This document shows, piece by piece, positions 63,986-64,000 of a stretch of DNA of 64,000 nucleotides. Under the pieces are notes generated by a model. It saw only the letters and a program-made list of their open reading frames with translations, did no database searches and was not told the DNA's origin. The stretch's first letter is position 1. Each line of letters opens with the position of its first letter. This DNA is from Octopus vulgaris (lineage: Eukaryota), in assembly GCA_951406725.2 (NCBI GenBank), contig OX597814.1, positions 77,686,001 through 77,750,000 on the forward strand. Direction: 5' to 3'. The position numbers were made by a program, and so were the translations under genes.

Positions 63986-64000
63986 ATATATATATATATA

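Overview
This is AT-rich, repeat-dominated eukaryotic DNA. Its SINE, LINE and microsatellite content looks like an octopod cephalopod (Octopus), recognised from memory rather than by database search. Almost none of the supplied ORFs are genes. Manual splicing recovers one host gene on the minus strand from three tiny exons (30332-30356, 12583-12624, 9518-9591). They join in frame to MSIIYLQIYFVTIACILGTGILGLPVTLYKSGFYPFLISFLTTFFFQ, the N-terminus of an amino-acid-permease-like (APC/AAAP) membrane protein; the rest of the gene could not be assigned. The remainder is a dense transposon landscape. DNA transposons include Chapaev3, mariner/Tc1, a near-intact hAT, Merlin with nested insertions, a MULE-like element, Helitrons and Helentron-type elements. 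Retroelements include CR1, Tx1/L1, R4/Dong, RTE and Penelope/Neptune, plus two SINE families. The most notable non-coding signals are: (i) about 8 type-I hammerhead-ribozyme-like motifs, including one with an intact core in the sense orientation of the transporter intron; (ii) several long foldback hairpins, one carrying telomeric repeats and a perfect 52-bp palindrome; (iii) an RTE with a PHD-like finger and a tandemly amplified 3' UTR; (iv) a head-to-head pair of RTE 3' ends; (v) apparent alternating CpG-depleted and CpG-retaining domains. Boundaries of decayed repeats are approximate.
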